Assembly: GCA_002633005.1 (NCBI GenBank)
Contig: NMRA01000588.1
Coordinates: forward strand, 186,001 to 250,000
DNA length: 64,000 nucleotides
Direction of reading: 5' to 3'
From: Phoronis australis
Taxonomy: Eukaryota > Animalia > Phoronida
Notes under the pieces: generated by a model
What the model saw: the letters and a program-made list of their open reading frames with translations, nothing else
Databases searched by the model: none
Told to the model about the DNA's origin: nothing
Part shown: one piece after another, positions 24,501 to 39,500 of the stretch
Position numbering within the stretch: the stretch's first letter is position 1
Layout: every line of letters starts with the position of its first letter
Made by a program: the position numbers and the translations under genes

Positions 24501-27500
24501 TGATCGTGTTAACAGTTCATGATGACAGGTAAATTTAAGTTAAGTGGAAATTAAATCCATTTACAGTTCCTGTAGTTTGGATCTGATCAATCATAAACAA
24601 ACCAAGCAACATCTTTAAAAGACAACTGATACACTATAATTGGGTCATCTGTTGACACCATTACAACACACGAGAGTCGCCCTATCTATCGAAACTTGCA
24701 TGGAATTATAACTGATTTACATGTAAATGTACTGCACAAAAACAAGATGTTGTCTGAGTTTCACATCATTTATAATGTTGATGCCTGTTCCAGAATTTGT
24801 TCATGAAACTACGCCGCTGACCTAGGCCTATGCGTTTGATGTTATGAGTAGTCACCGAAATTGCTATTTGCAAAAATTATTGATCACGGGTTTCAATTTT
24901 ACATGGACATTTAATGGGATTTCGTAGCATTATATGCATGATATTGTATTATGATATCATTTCCAAACAGGCAAAATGTCTGCTATTTTATAGCTACAAT
25001 ATAGAATCAATCATATCGCGTATATTTTGTGAACTGGTTACTGGTTGTGTTCATGATTATGATTTTGCGGCATGCGAGTTGTACGCAGGCGTTGGTGCTG
25101 TACTGGGGTTAATCAAAGTCCGCTAAGAGCTACGGTACCACATCGATAAAAAATGAAACTTGGTCAAAAGATATAAATTACCATTTTCACAGCTGTCACT
25201 CTGGCAGTGTCTTAGTAGTACTCGGGTACACTATAATTATGATCTAATGGTAGTCACATTTTTGACACCACGATGTTTAGTGCATTGCACATTTACATTC
25301 ACCATACTAGGTTACTCTGCATAATGAACTCTTGTGATAGCAGAGATAGCTTGTGAGATTACAGCCATTATGACGTGTCATGATGTATTATTCTCAGCCA
25401 GAATTAAACCAAAAAGAATTTTGTTGGTGAAATTGATGTTCAAACGATATTTTGTCCGTTTTCTTTTGGCTTATTCTGTAAATAACTTTGTGCTTATATT
25501 TTAATAATACTTAGCAAGCTCAGTTTGAAATGACAATAGTCTTGCCTTCCGTCACATTCATTGCCCTTGCCTTGGACCTCTTACAGCTCAAAATTGGTCT
25601 CGTCTCTTAGTCAGATATTTATGGGCTTGAAGAGAACGTACAGTTGTTAGAGACCATGCTTTTGAAAGTGGAATGATGCACAATATCGAGTGTGCTCCTT
25701 GTAAGGGACCATGCTTGGAATAAGTGGAACGATGCACAATGTCAAGCATGTTCTTTGTTAGAGACCATGCCTGGAATATGTGGAATGATACACAATATCA
25801 AGCATGGTCTTTGTTGGAGACCATGCTTGGAATATGTGAAATGATGCACAATGTCAAGCATGTTCTTTGTTGGAGACCATGCTTGGAATATGTGGAATGA
25901 TACACAATATCAAGCATGGTCTTTGTTGGAGACCATGCTTGGAATATGTGGAGTGATGCACAATGTCATGCTTGTTCTTTGTTAGAGACCATGCTTGGAA
26001 TGTGTGGAATGATACACAATGTCAAGCATGTTCTTTGTTGGAGACCATGCTGGAGTTGTAGAAAGAGCCAGAGTGACAAGCCTGGTCTCAGTCAGTTACC
26101 ATCTGTCAGTTGTCATCAAGTCCCTAAATCGCTTCTAATTCCTCTAAGCTGCATAAAATAAAAGTTGAGTTTTGAAATGATTTGTGGTCAAACTCCAAAA
26201 GTAAACTTTTGGCTCATGGCTTGTTTCAACTTTTCGTAAAACATGTTTCTCTTGCACCTAATAGCATTTCTCTAATCTAATAATTGTTCATTGCCTTCAA
26301 CAGTGTTGTAATATGTACTCAACAGTGTATTTTCTAGGGAATTTGATGCTCAGGTTTCATTGCTGTGTGACATAAACTTTGTATGGGCAGCTTTGTTGTA
26401 TTTAAGCAAGAAACATCAAAGGTCTTTTATACCCAAGATTATTTAATGTACAAACAAACTGTTATGTTTGGATCTTGTTTCCTTTGTTGGCAGTTTAGCC
26501 AGCTAATAAAAGAAAGCTATACATTGAAAGCTAAGTTTATAACATGTTACTTAATGTTAGCAGTTTTCTAATGTCACACCCATTGGGTTAAGGTGTTTGA
26601 ATTTTTTTGAATGAGTTCTTTTGGAATGTTAATCCTTACTGCCTTATTGAACCCAGGGCTGGAATTCAGTGGCATGCTTGTATTTAGATTTAGTGATATT
26701 TTAACCTCTGATGGGGAGAAAGCATGTGACTACTAGCCTTTAGTATGGTTTGAATGTGTTTCAGGTAAAATTGCAAGAGGATTTTGATTTGGTGCAAAAT
26801 ATGTTGGAAGAAAAACAACAGGAAGTTGAGAGTTTGACGAAGGAGCATGAGGATGCCAAGGTGTTGGCTGAACGTTTGGAGAGCATGCAGGTGGGTTTTA
26901 TATTCAATTCATAAATAGACAAATTAACAAGTTAACATAGTACTCATTTCATTCATGTTAATCATCTTTTGGCTGTTGCCATTTCATGGACTCTGTCAAC
27001 TTAATCTAAAGCTATTCTGGCTAACATGTTGTTAACTGTTTGCTTTTGTCAGTATCATCACTGCAGTCATGCATTGTATTGACTTAGAGACGATGCTTGG
27101 CTTAAGGCCTTTTGTTTTACATGGAGACATCTGCTGATCAGCTAGACATAATAAAAGAAAAATCAATTTCCGTCCTGTCCAGCTGCTGTTCAGTATGTTA
27201 TTACTGCATTAGTCATGAGTTTTATGTCTTTACCAGGTAAGATTGTGTGCAAATGATACAAATTCTGAATATGACAGTGTAGTGATTTGTGGGAAGAAGA
27301 AGACCTCATATGCATTAGATTGCTAATTTTGGTATTTCTGCTTTCGTCTGCATCAATGTTTTGGTGTTGACCAGAGTACTATGGTCTGCCTTAGTTCTTA
27401 TGCTGTGTCATCTTTGAAAACCATTTTCATTTTGTTGGGAGACAGAGACCTTTGTGTTAGTCNAACGATATTTTGTCCATTTTCTTTTGGCTTATTCTGT

Positions 27501-30500
27501 AAATAAATCTGTGCTTATATTTTAATAATACTTAGCAAGCTCAGTTTGAAATGACAATAGTTTTGCCTTCCGTCACATTCATTGCCCTTGACTTGGACCT
27601 CTTACAGCTCAAAATTGGTCTCGTCTCTTAGTCAGATATTTATGGGCTTGAAGAGAACGTACACTTGTTAGAGATAATGCTTGGAAAGTGGAATGATGCA
27701 CAATGTTAAGTGTACTCCTTGTAAGGGAGCATGCTTGGAATATGTGGAACGATGCACAATGTCAAGCATGGTCTTTGTTGGAGACCATGCTTGGAATATG
27801 TGGAGTGATGCACAATGTCATGCTTGTTCTTTGTTGGAGACCATGCCTGGAATATGTGAAATGATGCACAATGTCAAGCATGTTCTTTGTTGGAGACCAT
27901 GCTTGGAATATGTGGAGTGATGCACAATGTCAAGCATGTTCTTTGTTAGAGACCATGCTTGGAATATGTGAAATGATGCACAATGTCAAGCATGTTCTTT
28001 GTTGGAGACCATGCTTGGAATATGTGAAATGATGCACAATGTCAAGCATGGTCTTTGTTGGAGACCATGCTTGGAATATGTGGAGTGATACGCAATGTCA
28101 AGCATGGTCTTTGTTGGAGACCATGCTGGAGTTGTAGAAAGAGCCAGAGTGACAAGCCTAGTCTCAGTCAGTTACCATCTGTCAGTTGTCATCAAGTCCC
28201 TAAATCACTTCTAATCCCCCTAAGCTGCATAAAATAAAAGTTGAGTTTTGAAATGGTTTGTGGTCATACTCCAAAAGTAAACTTTTGGCTCATGGCTTGT
28301 TTCAACTTTTCGTAAAAAATGTTTCTCTTGCACCTAATAGCATTTCTCTAATCTAATAATTGTTCATTGCCTTCAACAGTGTTGTTATGTACCCAACAGT
28401 GTATTTTCTAGGGAATTTGATGCTCAGGTTTCATTGCTGTGTGACATAAACTTTGTATGGGCAGCTTTGTTGTATTTAAGCAAGAAACATCAAAGGTCTT
28501 TTATACCCAAGATTATTTATGTACAAACAAACTGTTATGTTTGGATCTTGTTTCCTTTGTTGACAGTTTAGCCAGCTAATAAAAGAAAGCTATACATTGA
28601 AAGCTAAGTTTATAACATGTTACTTAATGTTAGCAGTTTTCTAATGTCACACCCATTGGGTTAAGGTGTTTGAATTTTTTTGAATGAGTTCTGTTGGAAT
28701 GTTAACTCTTACTGCCTTATTGAACCCAGGGCTGGAATTCAGTGGCATGCTTGTATTTATATTTAGTGATATTTTAACCTCTGATGGGGAGAAAGCATGT
28801 GACTACTATCCTTTAATTATGGCTTGAATGTGTTTCAGGTAAAATTGCAAGAGGATTTTGATTTGGTGCAAAATATGTTGGAAGAAAAACAACAGGAAGT
28901 GGAGAGTTTGACAAAGGAGCATGAAGATGCCAAGGTGTTGGCTGAACGTTTGGAGAGCATGCAGGTGGGTTTTATATTAAATTCATATTAATAGACAAAT
29001 TAACAAGTTAACGTACTCATTTCATTCATGTCAACCATTTTTTGGCTGTTGCCATTTCATGGACTCTGTCAACTTAATCTAAAGCTATTCTCGCTAACAT
29101 GTTGTTAACTGTTTGCTTTTGTCAGTATCATTACTGCAGTCATGCATTGTATTGACTTAGAGACGATGCTTGGCTTAAGGCCTTTTGTTTTACATGGAGA
29201 CATCTGCTGATCAGCTAGACATAATAAAAGAAAAATCAATTTCCGTCCTGTCCAGCTGCTGTTCAGTATGTTATTACTGCATTAGTCATGATTTTTATGT
29301 CTTTACCAGGTAAGATTGTGTGCAAATGATACACATTCTGAATATGACAGTGTAGTGATTTGTGGGAAGAAGAAGACCTCATATGCATTAGATTGCTAAT
29401 TTTGGTATTTCTGCTTTCGTCTGCATCAATGTTTTGGTGTTGACCAGAGTACTATGGTCTGCCTTAGTTCTTATGCTGTGTCATCTTTGAAAACCATTTT
29501 CATTTTGTTGGGAGACAGAGACCTTTGTGTTAGTCTTATGAGACCTAAGATCCATAAATGTCTGCCAGCATTTTCTGAGCCCAGATATTAATTCTAATTT
29601 GAGTATGCTGGATTACCTTTTTTGATTCCAGCTGACCATTTTTAACTTTAATATCATGAACATTCCTGGATGGCTCAAAGTCCACATTTTATTATAGTTT
29701 GAGTAATGAACAAAATGAGGTCAGTTACAGTAGGTGGTTTTAAAAAAGAGTTAAGTCTTTTTGGCTGAAGACATCTGTCTGATCACTTTTAAACATGAGT
29801 TACATAGTACTCATTTATTTAACATTGTTCTCTGACCAGCTGCAATGGAATGCTGAAAAGTTGCAGTGGGAGAAGGCAGTGAAAGAGAAACAGAACGTTA
29901 TTGATGAGAAGGAAGAGGAGTTGTATGTAGCCAATGAACAATTGGAGGAACAGGTTGGTCTTGGCTCTAGTGTGACTAGGAGATTTGTGTACAAATTACT
30001 TCTCACTCATCCCAGATCACCTGCAGATAGTGCAGTGTTTCCAATGCAGTAAACCTAACCTGGTGGAAATAATTACTGGCCCACTGCTTCCTCACAAAGA
30101 TTACTCACTGACAGGCATGTCTTATGAATAGGCTTGACTTGCTGCTTGGCTGGGGCTTACCTTGGTGTCCCAGAATTCCTTTGATGTGTTAAGAGACAAA
30201 AGCACCTCGTCTAGCCTAGTCATGATGTAGCAAGGTCTGTAAAGACTGTTCTTGTGTTATATAGGATCTCATTTGATGAATAGTTTCCTGAAACTAGGAG
30301 AGTCACCACTTGATTTCGATGTGGATGATCTTTTACTTGAAAACCCTCAGGCTGGTTTTCTGTTTTCAGAAACAGGGAAATATATGACATAAAATTCTGT
30401 TTTTTTTCCATTTATTAATAATTTGTAAATTTGCAAATTCCAGGTTACTATTTCAAAAACCTATAACAGTGTTTTTAAGATTGCACGTTAAATGTTTTAT

Positions 30501-33500
30501 CAAGTGAAGTTTTATCATGTCATTGGTTCTGTTGATTTGCTACCAAATGTACTTTAAAATTTATTTTTGGATAGATTTTACAAAAAAGGTGACCCAATTA
30601 ATGTCAGAATGATGAAGAGTCGATAATGTAAATTGTTTTCAACTTTCATCAAATAATACCTTTACTAACTAAAGTTAAAATCTATAGTCTGTAGATATTT
30701 GGCCAAATATACGCACTTGTCATGTGATGTGTCAGGTTCTTTATAGTTTGTCTTACTCATGAATTGTAATGTGAATCAGCCAGATATTGTTTCATCAACA
30801 GAAAGCAAAGCTAACATCTCATAATGAAGAACTTGCCAAATTGAAGAAAGATCAAGAACAGGAAGTTTTGAGGTTGTCAGCAGATTTGGAGCATAGAAAT
30901 GAACAGGTAGGATGGTTGTTGTTTAGTGACGTCATGTTAGAGCTTACTGATCAGCAGATTTTAATTTTAATATTAGTGTTGAGATGTGATGTAACCAAAT
31001 TGCCCACAAAGTAAATTATCTTCCACACGATTTTGGATATTGTATTATAATAAGCTTTTTCTCATTTTTGTGTTCATTGGATATCAAGCAATCATTTTCA
31101 TTGGTCAATCTTTGCTTAAAGTCCTTGTTTTTGTCGCAGTTATAGCAAAATTAATGTAACTTGCAAAATTGTAACATTCTTGGAGAGCATCATGTTGTGA
31201 ACTGAATGATAATATCTCACCTGGCATTATTTGTTTGTTCAGATTGAGGAGTTAACATCTGAAGTGAAAAAGCTCCTGGAGAATCGTCCCAACACTGCAG
31301 AACTGTACGACCAGAATGCCAAGATCTTTGAGCTTGAAGAAAGCTTGAAGGAAGAAGAGAGGCAGAGGCATACAGAGGAGCAGGCAGCCAAGGCTCAAGT
31401 TGCATGGACTACTGAGTTGGAAGGAGAGCTGGAAGCATTGAGGAAAGAGCTGTCTGGGAAGGAAGAGATTGTGAAGAAGCTCAAAGAGGAATGTAGGGAT
31501 GTAGGGGAGGAGTTGAAACAGAAGGAGAATGAGCTTAAGTTGCAACAGGAAAAGCTTGAAGAACAGAAGGAAGAACTGTCTGAGAAGTTTGATGTACAGA
31601 GGGAAGAACTGTCTGAGAAGCTTGAAGTACAGAGGGAAGAACTGTCTCAGAAGCTTGAAGAACAGAGGAAGGAAGTCGGTGAAAAGCATGAGGAGGTGAA
31701 GAAACTACAAGTAACTAATGAGAAGACCAAAGAAGAGTTGAAACAGAAAAATGATGAACTAGAGAGATGCAAGAGAATGATTGAAGAGCTTACTGAGGAC
31801 AATACCAAAAAAGGTGAAGAGCTTGCCAAGGTATCGGGTGAGTTAACATCAACCCAACAACATGTTGAAGGGGTGGATTTGTTAAAGTCTGGTTATGCTG
31901 GCAATGCAAAGAAATTAGAGGAACTGAATGGGATGTTGGAAGCTAAAGAAAAGGAGCTGGGTAGTGTGACTGCTGAGCTGAACAAATGTGGTGCTGATTT
32001 GAAACATGCTGAGGCAAGAATTGGCCTGTTGCAGAAAGAGCTGGAATCAACTGTGAAAGACAATACACAAAGGGTTAATAATTTGAGGAGGATGACTGAT
32101 GTCATTGAAAAGCAAGAGAAGGAAATTGAGGAATTGCGTGGTGGTATTGAAAGGTTGAAAGGTGGTAGTCAAGATGGTGCTGATTCCTCTGACTCATTAA
32201 AACTTGCTGCCAAAGAGGCTGAATTGAGGATTGCTGTGCAACAGAAAGAAAATCTGGAAGAGCAGTTACAGGTACCTGCAGTTGTAATGTGTATATGTTG
32301 CTGACCTGTACTTGTCAATTTTAAACGCAAAAATTGACTGTAATTTTCACCAACTTTCTTGAACAGCAAATTGTTTTATGTTTAGAAAAAATTAGATAAT
32401 TTGCAGAATATTTTTTTATTTTCACAGAGACGGAGTTTTGGCATATCGCTGGATTTTATTGGTCATTTTATTCCTGGTTGGAGGCACATAATAGCTTTGC
32501 CGAGTTTAAGACTTTGAACAGTGTTCTGATACATTGTCTGAACCATAAACAACTCAATGATACTAATGAATCTTTGAAAAGGCATTGATAAGTATAGCAC
32601 ATAACTGTTTTCAATACAACTTAATTCCTATATTCATTCCCTCCGAAGTTTTGAATTGAATTTTTGTCGCACCCACTTCTGCTTATAGGATTGCAACTTT
32701 GCTGTGCAGAAACTCAACTCTGATTTGAAAAATCGTCAAAATGTTCTGGACACACTAAAAGCCGAGAACGAAGAAATGAAAAATCAGTTGGTAGAACTGG
32801 AGTCACGACTGAGGGCGCACCCTGGTGATGGCAGGAGTTTGGAACAGGTAAATCTAAGTATTCAGTGATTGTGTAAACAGCTTTTATTGATACAAAATAA
32901 CTTGCCCCATCATGTGTTTCTGTTAAGGTGACGTAGGACCTTAAAAAATTCCAGTTTTGGGTAACTTGATTCGTCCCTAACTTCACTAGGCTTGAATCAT
33001 TGTTGTATTCATTCAAACCATACCTTACTGTTATCTGTAGGTGGTGCAGGAGTTGAGAGAAGAATTAGGTCAAGAGCACCAGCAACACATTCAGGATATC
33101 CAAGATGTCCACCAGAGGGAGCAAGCTACCAGACTGGAAGAGGTAGATCACATTGAAGATGATGCCGTGGAATTCATCTAGGGTCTTGCATCCACTTTGG
33201 AAATCAGTGCTGGGAAATGTTTTTTCAGCAACAATATTCTGCAGTCACCATTTTAGTACAATTGCCATAACCAAAGGCACTTATTGCATGAAGTCTTTTT
33301 CAGCCATGAACTCTTGTGTCAGACTTTTCTATCGAGCAACCTGAGTATGTGAATTCTCCATTTTAATTACTTTACCAGGCAACATTTTTGGAAGTTTGTT
33401 GTAGCTGACCAATGATAGTATGATAGTGCTTCATACTTGGAGGCTTCGTTACTGCCTAACTGCATCGTATTTGTTCCAGGCTGATATCTACTACAGCCAA

Positions 33501-36500
33501 CAGATGGCAGAGCTAAAGCACAGTTATGAGCGAGAGCTTGTCAACAGTCTACAGAATGCTAAACGTGAGCTTGAGAAGAACCACGCAGCACAGATCCAAC
33601 GAATTAGGGAGCTACATGACCACGAGGTCTCCATTATTAAGGGTGAAGGTGAGATGGGACGGATCACAGCTGTACCTTTAAAGTGATTGTGATGATAGTC
33701 TTTAAAATCACATCCGTAAATGTTCACCGGTTAGCGACAGATAATGCTAACTCCTCACAATCGCAACGAAAAATGGAAGCATTTTAAAAATGCACTTTTA
33801 AGACAGCCTTTCTGTGTTGGGATGATGCAGCTTCTACTTGGAACACAGTGTGGCAGAGTAATGAATCAAAGTACATGACTGCAACGAAAATTAATGGGAA
33901 TAAAATTTTGATTTTTTAATAGTTTGTATAGTTGTTTCCCTGTCATAAGCCAACATCTTCTGACATCTCCAGAACTTTCAGCATTCCATCGAAAAGTTGC
34001 CGTCTGTGTGACTTTGAAAGAAAACAAACTTTGCTTTACATTTTGTTTACTATGATAAAGCATAAGGCACTGGGTACAGGACTGTCACATGGCCTTTTTG
34101 TCTTCCATGGATGGTGGTGCTCACTTTTGAGTTGCATTGGAAAATTAATTATTTCATTCAAGGCTGGAGCTTGTCCTATTTTCTGAAATTCGGGAAATAT
34201 GATGAATGCCGAAATGGCCCTTGTTTCAAATTCCATAATGAAGAAAATTCTATTTTTGCTAGAGTTTTCTTGTCCGAAATTCTAGAGACTGTCCCAAACT
34301 GTAGAATTTTTACTGTACTTCATGACGTGGTCAGCTTACAAGTTGTTCCACTTATGATGGTTAACTTTTCAAATGAGATTTTCAAAACGCATTATCAGAT
34401 ATTAACTTTATATGCCTAAGTGTGTGTATTTCTGTAAAAGAAATTTTATAGCATCAATTCTCGAAAATGTCACAAACAGGGCGTTGTTTAAGTACACTAT
34501 TCATCCTGATGTTTTTCACTGTGTTGCCATGCAATGTGTTCAGAGAACTGTTACCTAGCGTGCTCTAGTAAGTGCTGGTTTTAAACTGATATCTCATCCT
34601 GTGTTTACCTCACAGCATCTGAAGGTGACTCCCTATCCCATGTTGACGAACAGCTACAAGCGGAGCTCAGTCAAGTGTTGGACGTACCACGGAGGTCCAG
34701 TCTTGGAAGGCATGGCGATGAATTGCCCCGTCGACAGGAGGGTGTTGGGCATGCTTCGTCTGACGAAAGTGCTCCACCGCCTGTGGTCAATGGTCATCCA
34801 GCGATGATTAATGGTTACCATGGTGACTCGGACACTTCGGTAGTGTCTAGACTGTCATTGAGTGATGAACTGTTGCCACAGCTGAGAGTATGTTTATTTG
34901 TTTTGCACTCTGTAGTTAGTAAAACTTGACAAGCTCTCTGCTCTGTTCCCCATTGATCTTATATTATGAGGACATGGGTTTTGAGTACAGACACTGTGGG
35001 GCGAACTGCGGTAGACTCCATTTATAGCCAGTTTAAATTCATTTCCCATAAATTCTGTTCTTCAGAAAAATCATAAGTCATAAAAATCCCTGACACTTTT
35101 TACAATGGGATCATACCTCTTCTGAGAATGTGTGCTGGGGGAGCTGCTTAATTTCGTTTTTGAAAAAATCATAAATTGTGTTAGATGTTCTGTATTTATG
35201 GCAGCACACCCAATTTGTTGAGTAGCAATACATATCTGATATTAAGTTTGTTACAAACATTAGCTGTATAAATATCGCGAGAAGGCAAGCTCTACTACAT
35301 ATGTTTTCACTGTGATGCAATAGCACTTAAGTATGATGAGGTGTTATTGAATTCTTTGTCTTGGCAAGATGTTGAGAATTCTCCGTTTTAAGTACTCATT
35401 ATATATCATGTTCCTTTTTATCAGACTGGAATGACCAATCTGAATGGTGAAGCAGTACAGATTTACACCATCTCCAAACAGCGTCAGGGAGTTCGAAGAT
35501 CATCAGACCCTGCTAACGCTGAAATGGAGATTTTACGACAGGCCTGGGAGAGGGAAAAACGCTCCCTGTTGGAGTCTATAAAGTCCCTGAAGGATCTTGT
35601 AGCCAGAAGTGACACAGTGGATAAAAGGGTAAAATATATTTTTACTGGTTTGGTGAAACATGTAATGGTCATTTGGCAATTGGTGTCATCAGAAATTGTC
35701 GAGGTTTTATTCTATTTTTCTCGTTTTCAGTTTTAGAAGATACTAATTATGAAATATTAGAGCATACTTGAGGCTTCACAATCTGATGATTTACCTTAAT
35801 TTAATATGAAGTTAGTTTACTTAATGCTTAAATACTCCAAGGACTAGCTTAAATCATGGTTTCCGTAACTGAGATGCAAATTAAGTTCTAAAATACGTTT
35901 GGCGCATCTCTTAAATCACTTGAAAATGGAACGCTGTTATGAATTTTGTTTGTTTCGATTTCAAAATTTACTGCTAGTAGTCAGTCTGCCATTTATATAG
36001 CTTCCTGATGACAAAAAACTGACCGTAAGTTATTTAAATGACAAACAAGAGGCAGTGAGTCAACCAAGCAATGAAATGTAATACGGAGCCGGCTTATAGT
36101 TCCATTGGGAACACTTGTCTTGGTGCTACAATGCATTGAGTGATTTTTGCAATGCCTGGTTGTTGAAAACTGGTGTGCCAGAAGGATCGGATCATGTAGA
36201 GAGCACTGTTTCCTTGTAGACCTAAGTGATCAACATTTAGAGAGCACTGTTTTGCTGTAGGCCTATATAAGCGATCACCATTTAGACAGCGCTGTTTTCC
36301 TGTGAGCCTGAGTGATCAACAAATCTAATTCTTTTTTTAGAAATAATCTTAGAGAATCGGTGATTAAACTAACACTCTTCATTATTGGTGTTTTGGAAAA
36401 AATATTGACTATTTCTCACCGCATTACACGCTCTAGCCGCCATACTAAGCCAACCAAGGTAATCTTGACCGGCTGATGTGGTTTAAACACTCCAGATAGC

Positions 36501-39500
36501 AAATTACGAACGTTCTAATGTTCCCCAACGTAGCCACTGTTGCCTCTATCTAAATCCTCATGAAATTCTTTGGAAATTAACAAACATTGTGCTGTCACTG
36601 TCCCTGTCCTCTACAATGCCACAACTATTGGCTATTGCCTTTGTCTTCGTTGCTTGCTCCATGGTCTTGCAGAGACATAAGATGGGTGAGAACAAGTTAT
36701 TAGTTTAGTTATCACATGACTGGGGGATTCATGAGTGATAAAATCACTTTTTCTTGTAAAGCTATTAAATCTTCGTTAGGACCATCAATATAAAGATTTA
36801 TTATTTCATCATTTTTTCCTAGGACTTCTATGACTCTGATTTTGATGTCTATGAGGTAATCAGATGTTGTGAATTATCTTGTGCACATAATTGTTCACAG
36901 TGTTTAGTGATCTTTCACTCAGGCATCTAGCGTATTGTGCACACTCTTTCTTATGATGGCCTTTCACCAGTCCTGTAGTTATACCTGTCCAATGCAACAT
37001 CTGGAACTCGATAAACCTTTCACGAATGAAATGAATGCAGCACATTGTCCGCAATTAGTTGGATTGCCTGTCTTGCTTCAGTTGACGTCGTGGTGTTACT
37101 TTGTTCCTGTACTGTGGCGTACAGCATTTTTGGGCTTCCATGTGTAGGACTCTAGACCTCGTGTAACAAAATGGCGAGTTTGACCCAGTGTTCTGTTAAG
37201 TTTGGAAACTTGCAGCCGGATTATTAACAGTGTCACAGCACTACAAAATGTTATTTCGTAGGACTGGCATTAAGGACATATTCATTGTTGTCTCTATGCA
37301 GAGCCCAAACTACATTGCATACTGTTTCTAGCCTTCAGACCATGAATCAGAAGACTGGCGATCAGATCTTATTTGTTGTGTGGGCCGTGTCTTCACAAAG
37401 GAGCGCGAGGCACTGCTGGCGGACCTGAGAAGCTACTCTCTGTTACAAGATGGACGGAGTCAGGGAGCCAATGTGGTTGAATTGGAAAACAAAGTGCGAC
37501 AGCAGGTTTGTTGCTATGATTTTAATCTTATCTGTCTGACCTTATTGATTTTTGACTTCACTTGTTATGAAAAATGTGGCTATGTCTTTTCAAAATTTTT
37601 GTATTGAAGTTGTTTTTCTCAAAAAGCTTGTTTTTTCATTGTAGAACGCTGTGTTTACCACGCACATAGCAAAGCCTACAATGTACAATCAACGATATTA
37701 TTATTATTATTTACATTTTCTACACAGAACTTCAATCTGTTTCTCTATTTTATTAGTGTCTGAGATTTTCTGATTGTATAAATAATGTAACCATTAATAC
37801 CCAGTTGTGTTCACTTGATATACTGCAGCGTTGATCTATTAAATATTGACATAGTATGTTCAGTTACACAGTGCAGAATGCCTATTTCTTGTGTTTATAT
37901 CTTCCTCGGTCTATTCTAAGTTCCTTTGGTTTTCATGAGATTTGGGACATATTTTCCTGTTGTGGAAATGACAACACGTTTTATGAATTCTACATATTAT
38001 CCTCCATCCCTTACTGGCCATGTAGGGAGTCTGCTTGTTGCACCAGTCTCTCTATCCACCATGAACCTACTTGAAGGATCGTTATTAGAAATGAAATTGT
38101 GTAGTAGAGTCTGGTGTTTTTCTGTTGAGGATGATTTTTAGTCAGATCTGATTTCTGTGGCACCTTGTTGTGGCATTTTTGGGCCTCTTATTCCTTGATG
38201 GATCTTCGTGAAACTTTTGTGTTCCTATGGAGGAAAGCTTGACAATTAGTGATCCGCTTGTTGTAATTTTGGTTTTCTTTGCATATGCCAATGTCTACTA
38301 ATAAACTTAATAATTCTTTGATGAATCTTCAGGAAATGTGGTATTTATGTGTCTCACTGAGGAAAGCACTACTGGAGTTCATTTTTGATAGATCTGACTA
38401 CTGCAGCACCCTCTCGTGGCAAATAATCTCTGCATCTATTTTTAATACCTACCAAATGAATGTCGTTCGTGAATCTTCATGCGTGTGTGTCTTCTTAATG
38501 AAGAGAGCAAAACTGAATGCTGATTTTTAAATGTTTGACTACCATGGAAATATATTAAATAGTGAATACTCTAAGGCTTATATGTTTGCCATGACCGATG
38601 CTCATAGTGGGTGAGTTTCAACCCTCTGTGGTGTTCTCGTTGTTCTTTGTAAAGATTGGAAATAAAGTCTTTCTATCTTTGCAACAGTCTATGGTTATCT
38701 ATTTATGCATAGAAATCTGTTATTCCTGTCCCCCGAATATGCTCCGACAACTTATGACAGTTTATGCAATGGGTTACATACTGGAATTGATGGAATAAGT
38801 TGATTTTTTAATTAATTTTTTCCTTAAGGAGCGACACCAGGCTGATGCTCTAGACAAACTTCTGAGCACTGATAGGCAATCTCTGTTGTCAGAGACACGC
38901 AGTCTCAAGCAGAAGCTTAGGTCAGCTGATCAGAGGGAGGCCACCATCAAAGCACGATTGACGGAACAGCTGAAAGCTGCAGAAGATGAGCATGGGAAGA
39001 GAGAGAAACATCTCAAACGACAAGGTAATGAATAGAGTTTTGAAGTGTTATTAACACAGCAATTTGTTGAAACTTGCCAGGGATTTGTGAGAGACCCCTT
39101 TTTGCGCTTTGAAATGCATTCATTTTACGGAAGTGTCCAAAAGGAGAGGAACTTTCGGAAAAAGGGGTGCGGGTCTTGCATTGCCTCCCATTGCGCCCTC
39201 ATTCAGCCATGGGCGTTCAAGGTATATTGTAAAGTGGAAAGTTTTGCTTTCTGGCAGCTTGGCTAATAGAAGAGAAGTTCAACACAGCTTCTTGAAAAGT
39301 GATTGTTTTCATTATATTTTGATGGTCATCTTAAACATAAAAACAGAGAACACACTGCCATCTTGCATGCATAAAAATAAATGGGCGCGTTATGCTGTCA
39401 TCCCTGACTGCCCATCTGGGGTCCACTGCTCAATCTCCAAAACCTTTGATGTATGTTCATGGAATTTTGTAGATATGTTCCCTTCGTAGATGGGATGGCA

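Larger units (their letters stand above)
25443..29535. other. N-separated duplication (25443-27462 vs 27464-29535); probable haplotype overlap including exon 25
   Basis: single N at 27463; colinear copies with SNPs and a different VNTR unit number. Confidence 0.85.

Noticed and set aside
25646-28128. CRISPR-like appearance of a regularly spaced palindromic repeat
   Set aside because: The sequence between palindromes is itself repeated rather than unique spacers, there are no cas genes, and the context is a eukaryotic intron. It is a minisatellite.
20226-28964. True tandem duplication of exons 21/22 and 25
   Set aside because: Each pair is split by a single N, introns are as similar as exons, and some copies start mid-exon. 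This fits haplotype overlap better than real duplication.
116-33727. Minus-strand ORFs such as 116..508, 2530..2829, 16411..16635 and 31252..31689
   Set aside because: These are Leu/Ser/Phe-rich antisense shadows of E/K/Q-rich exons, with no splice structure or recognisable domain.
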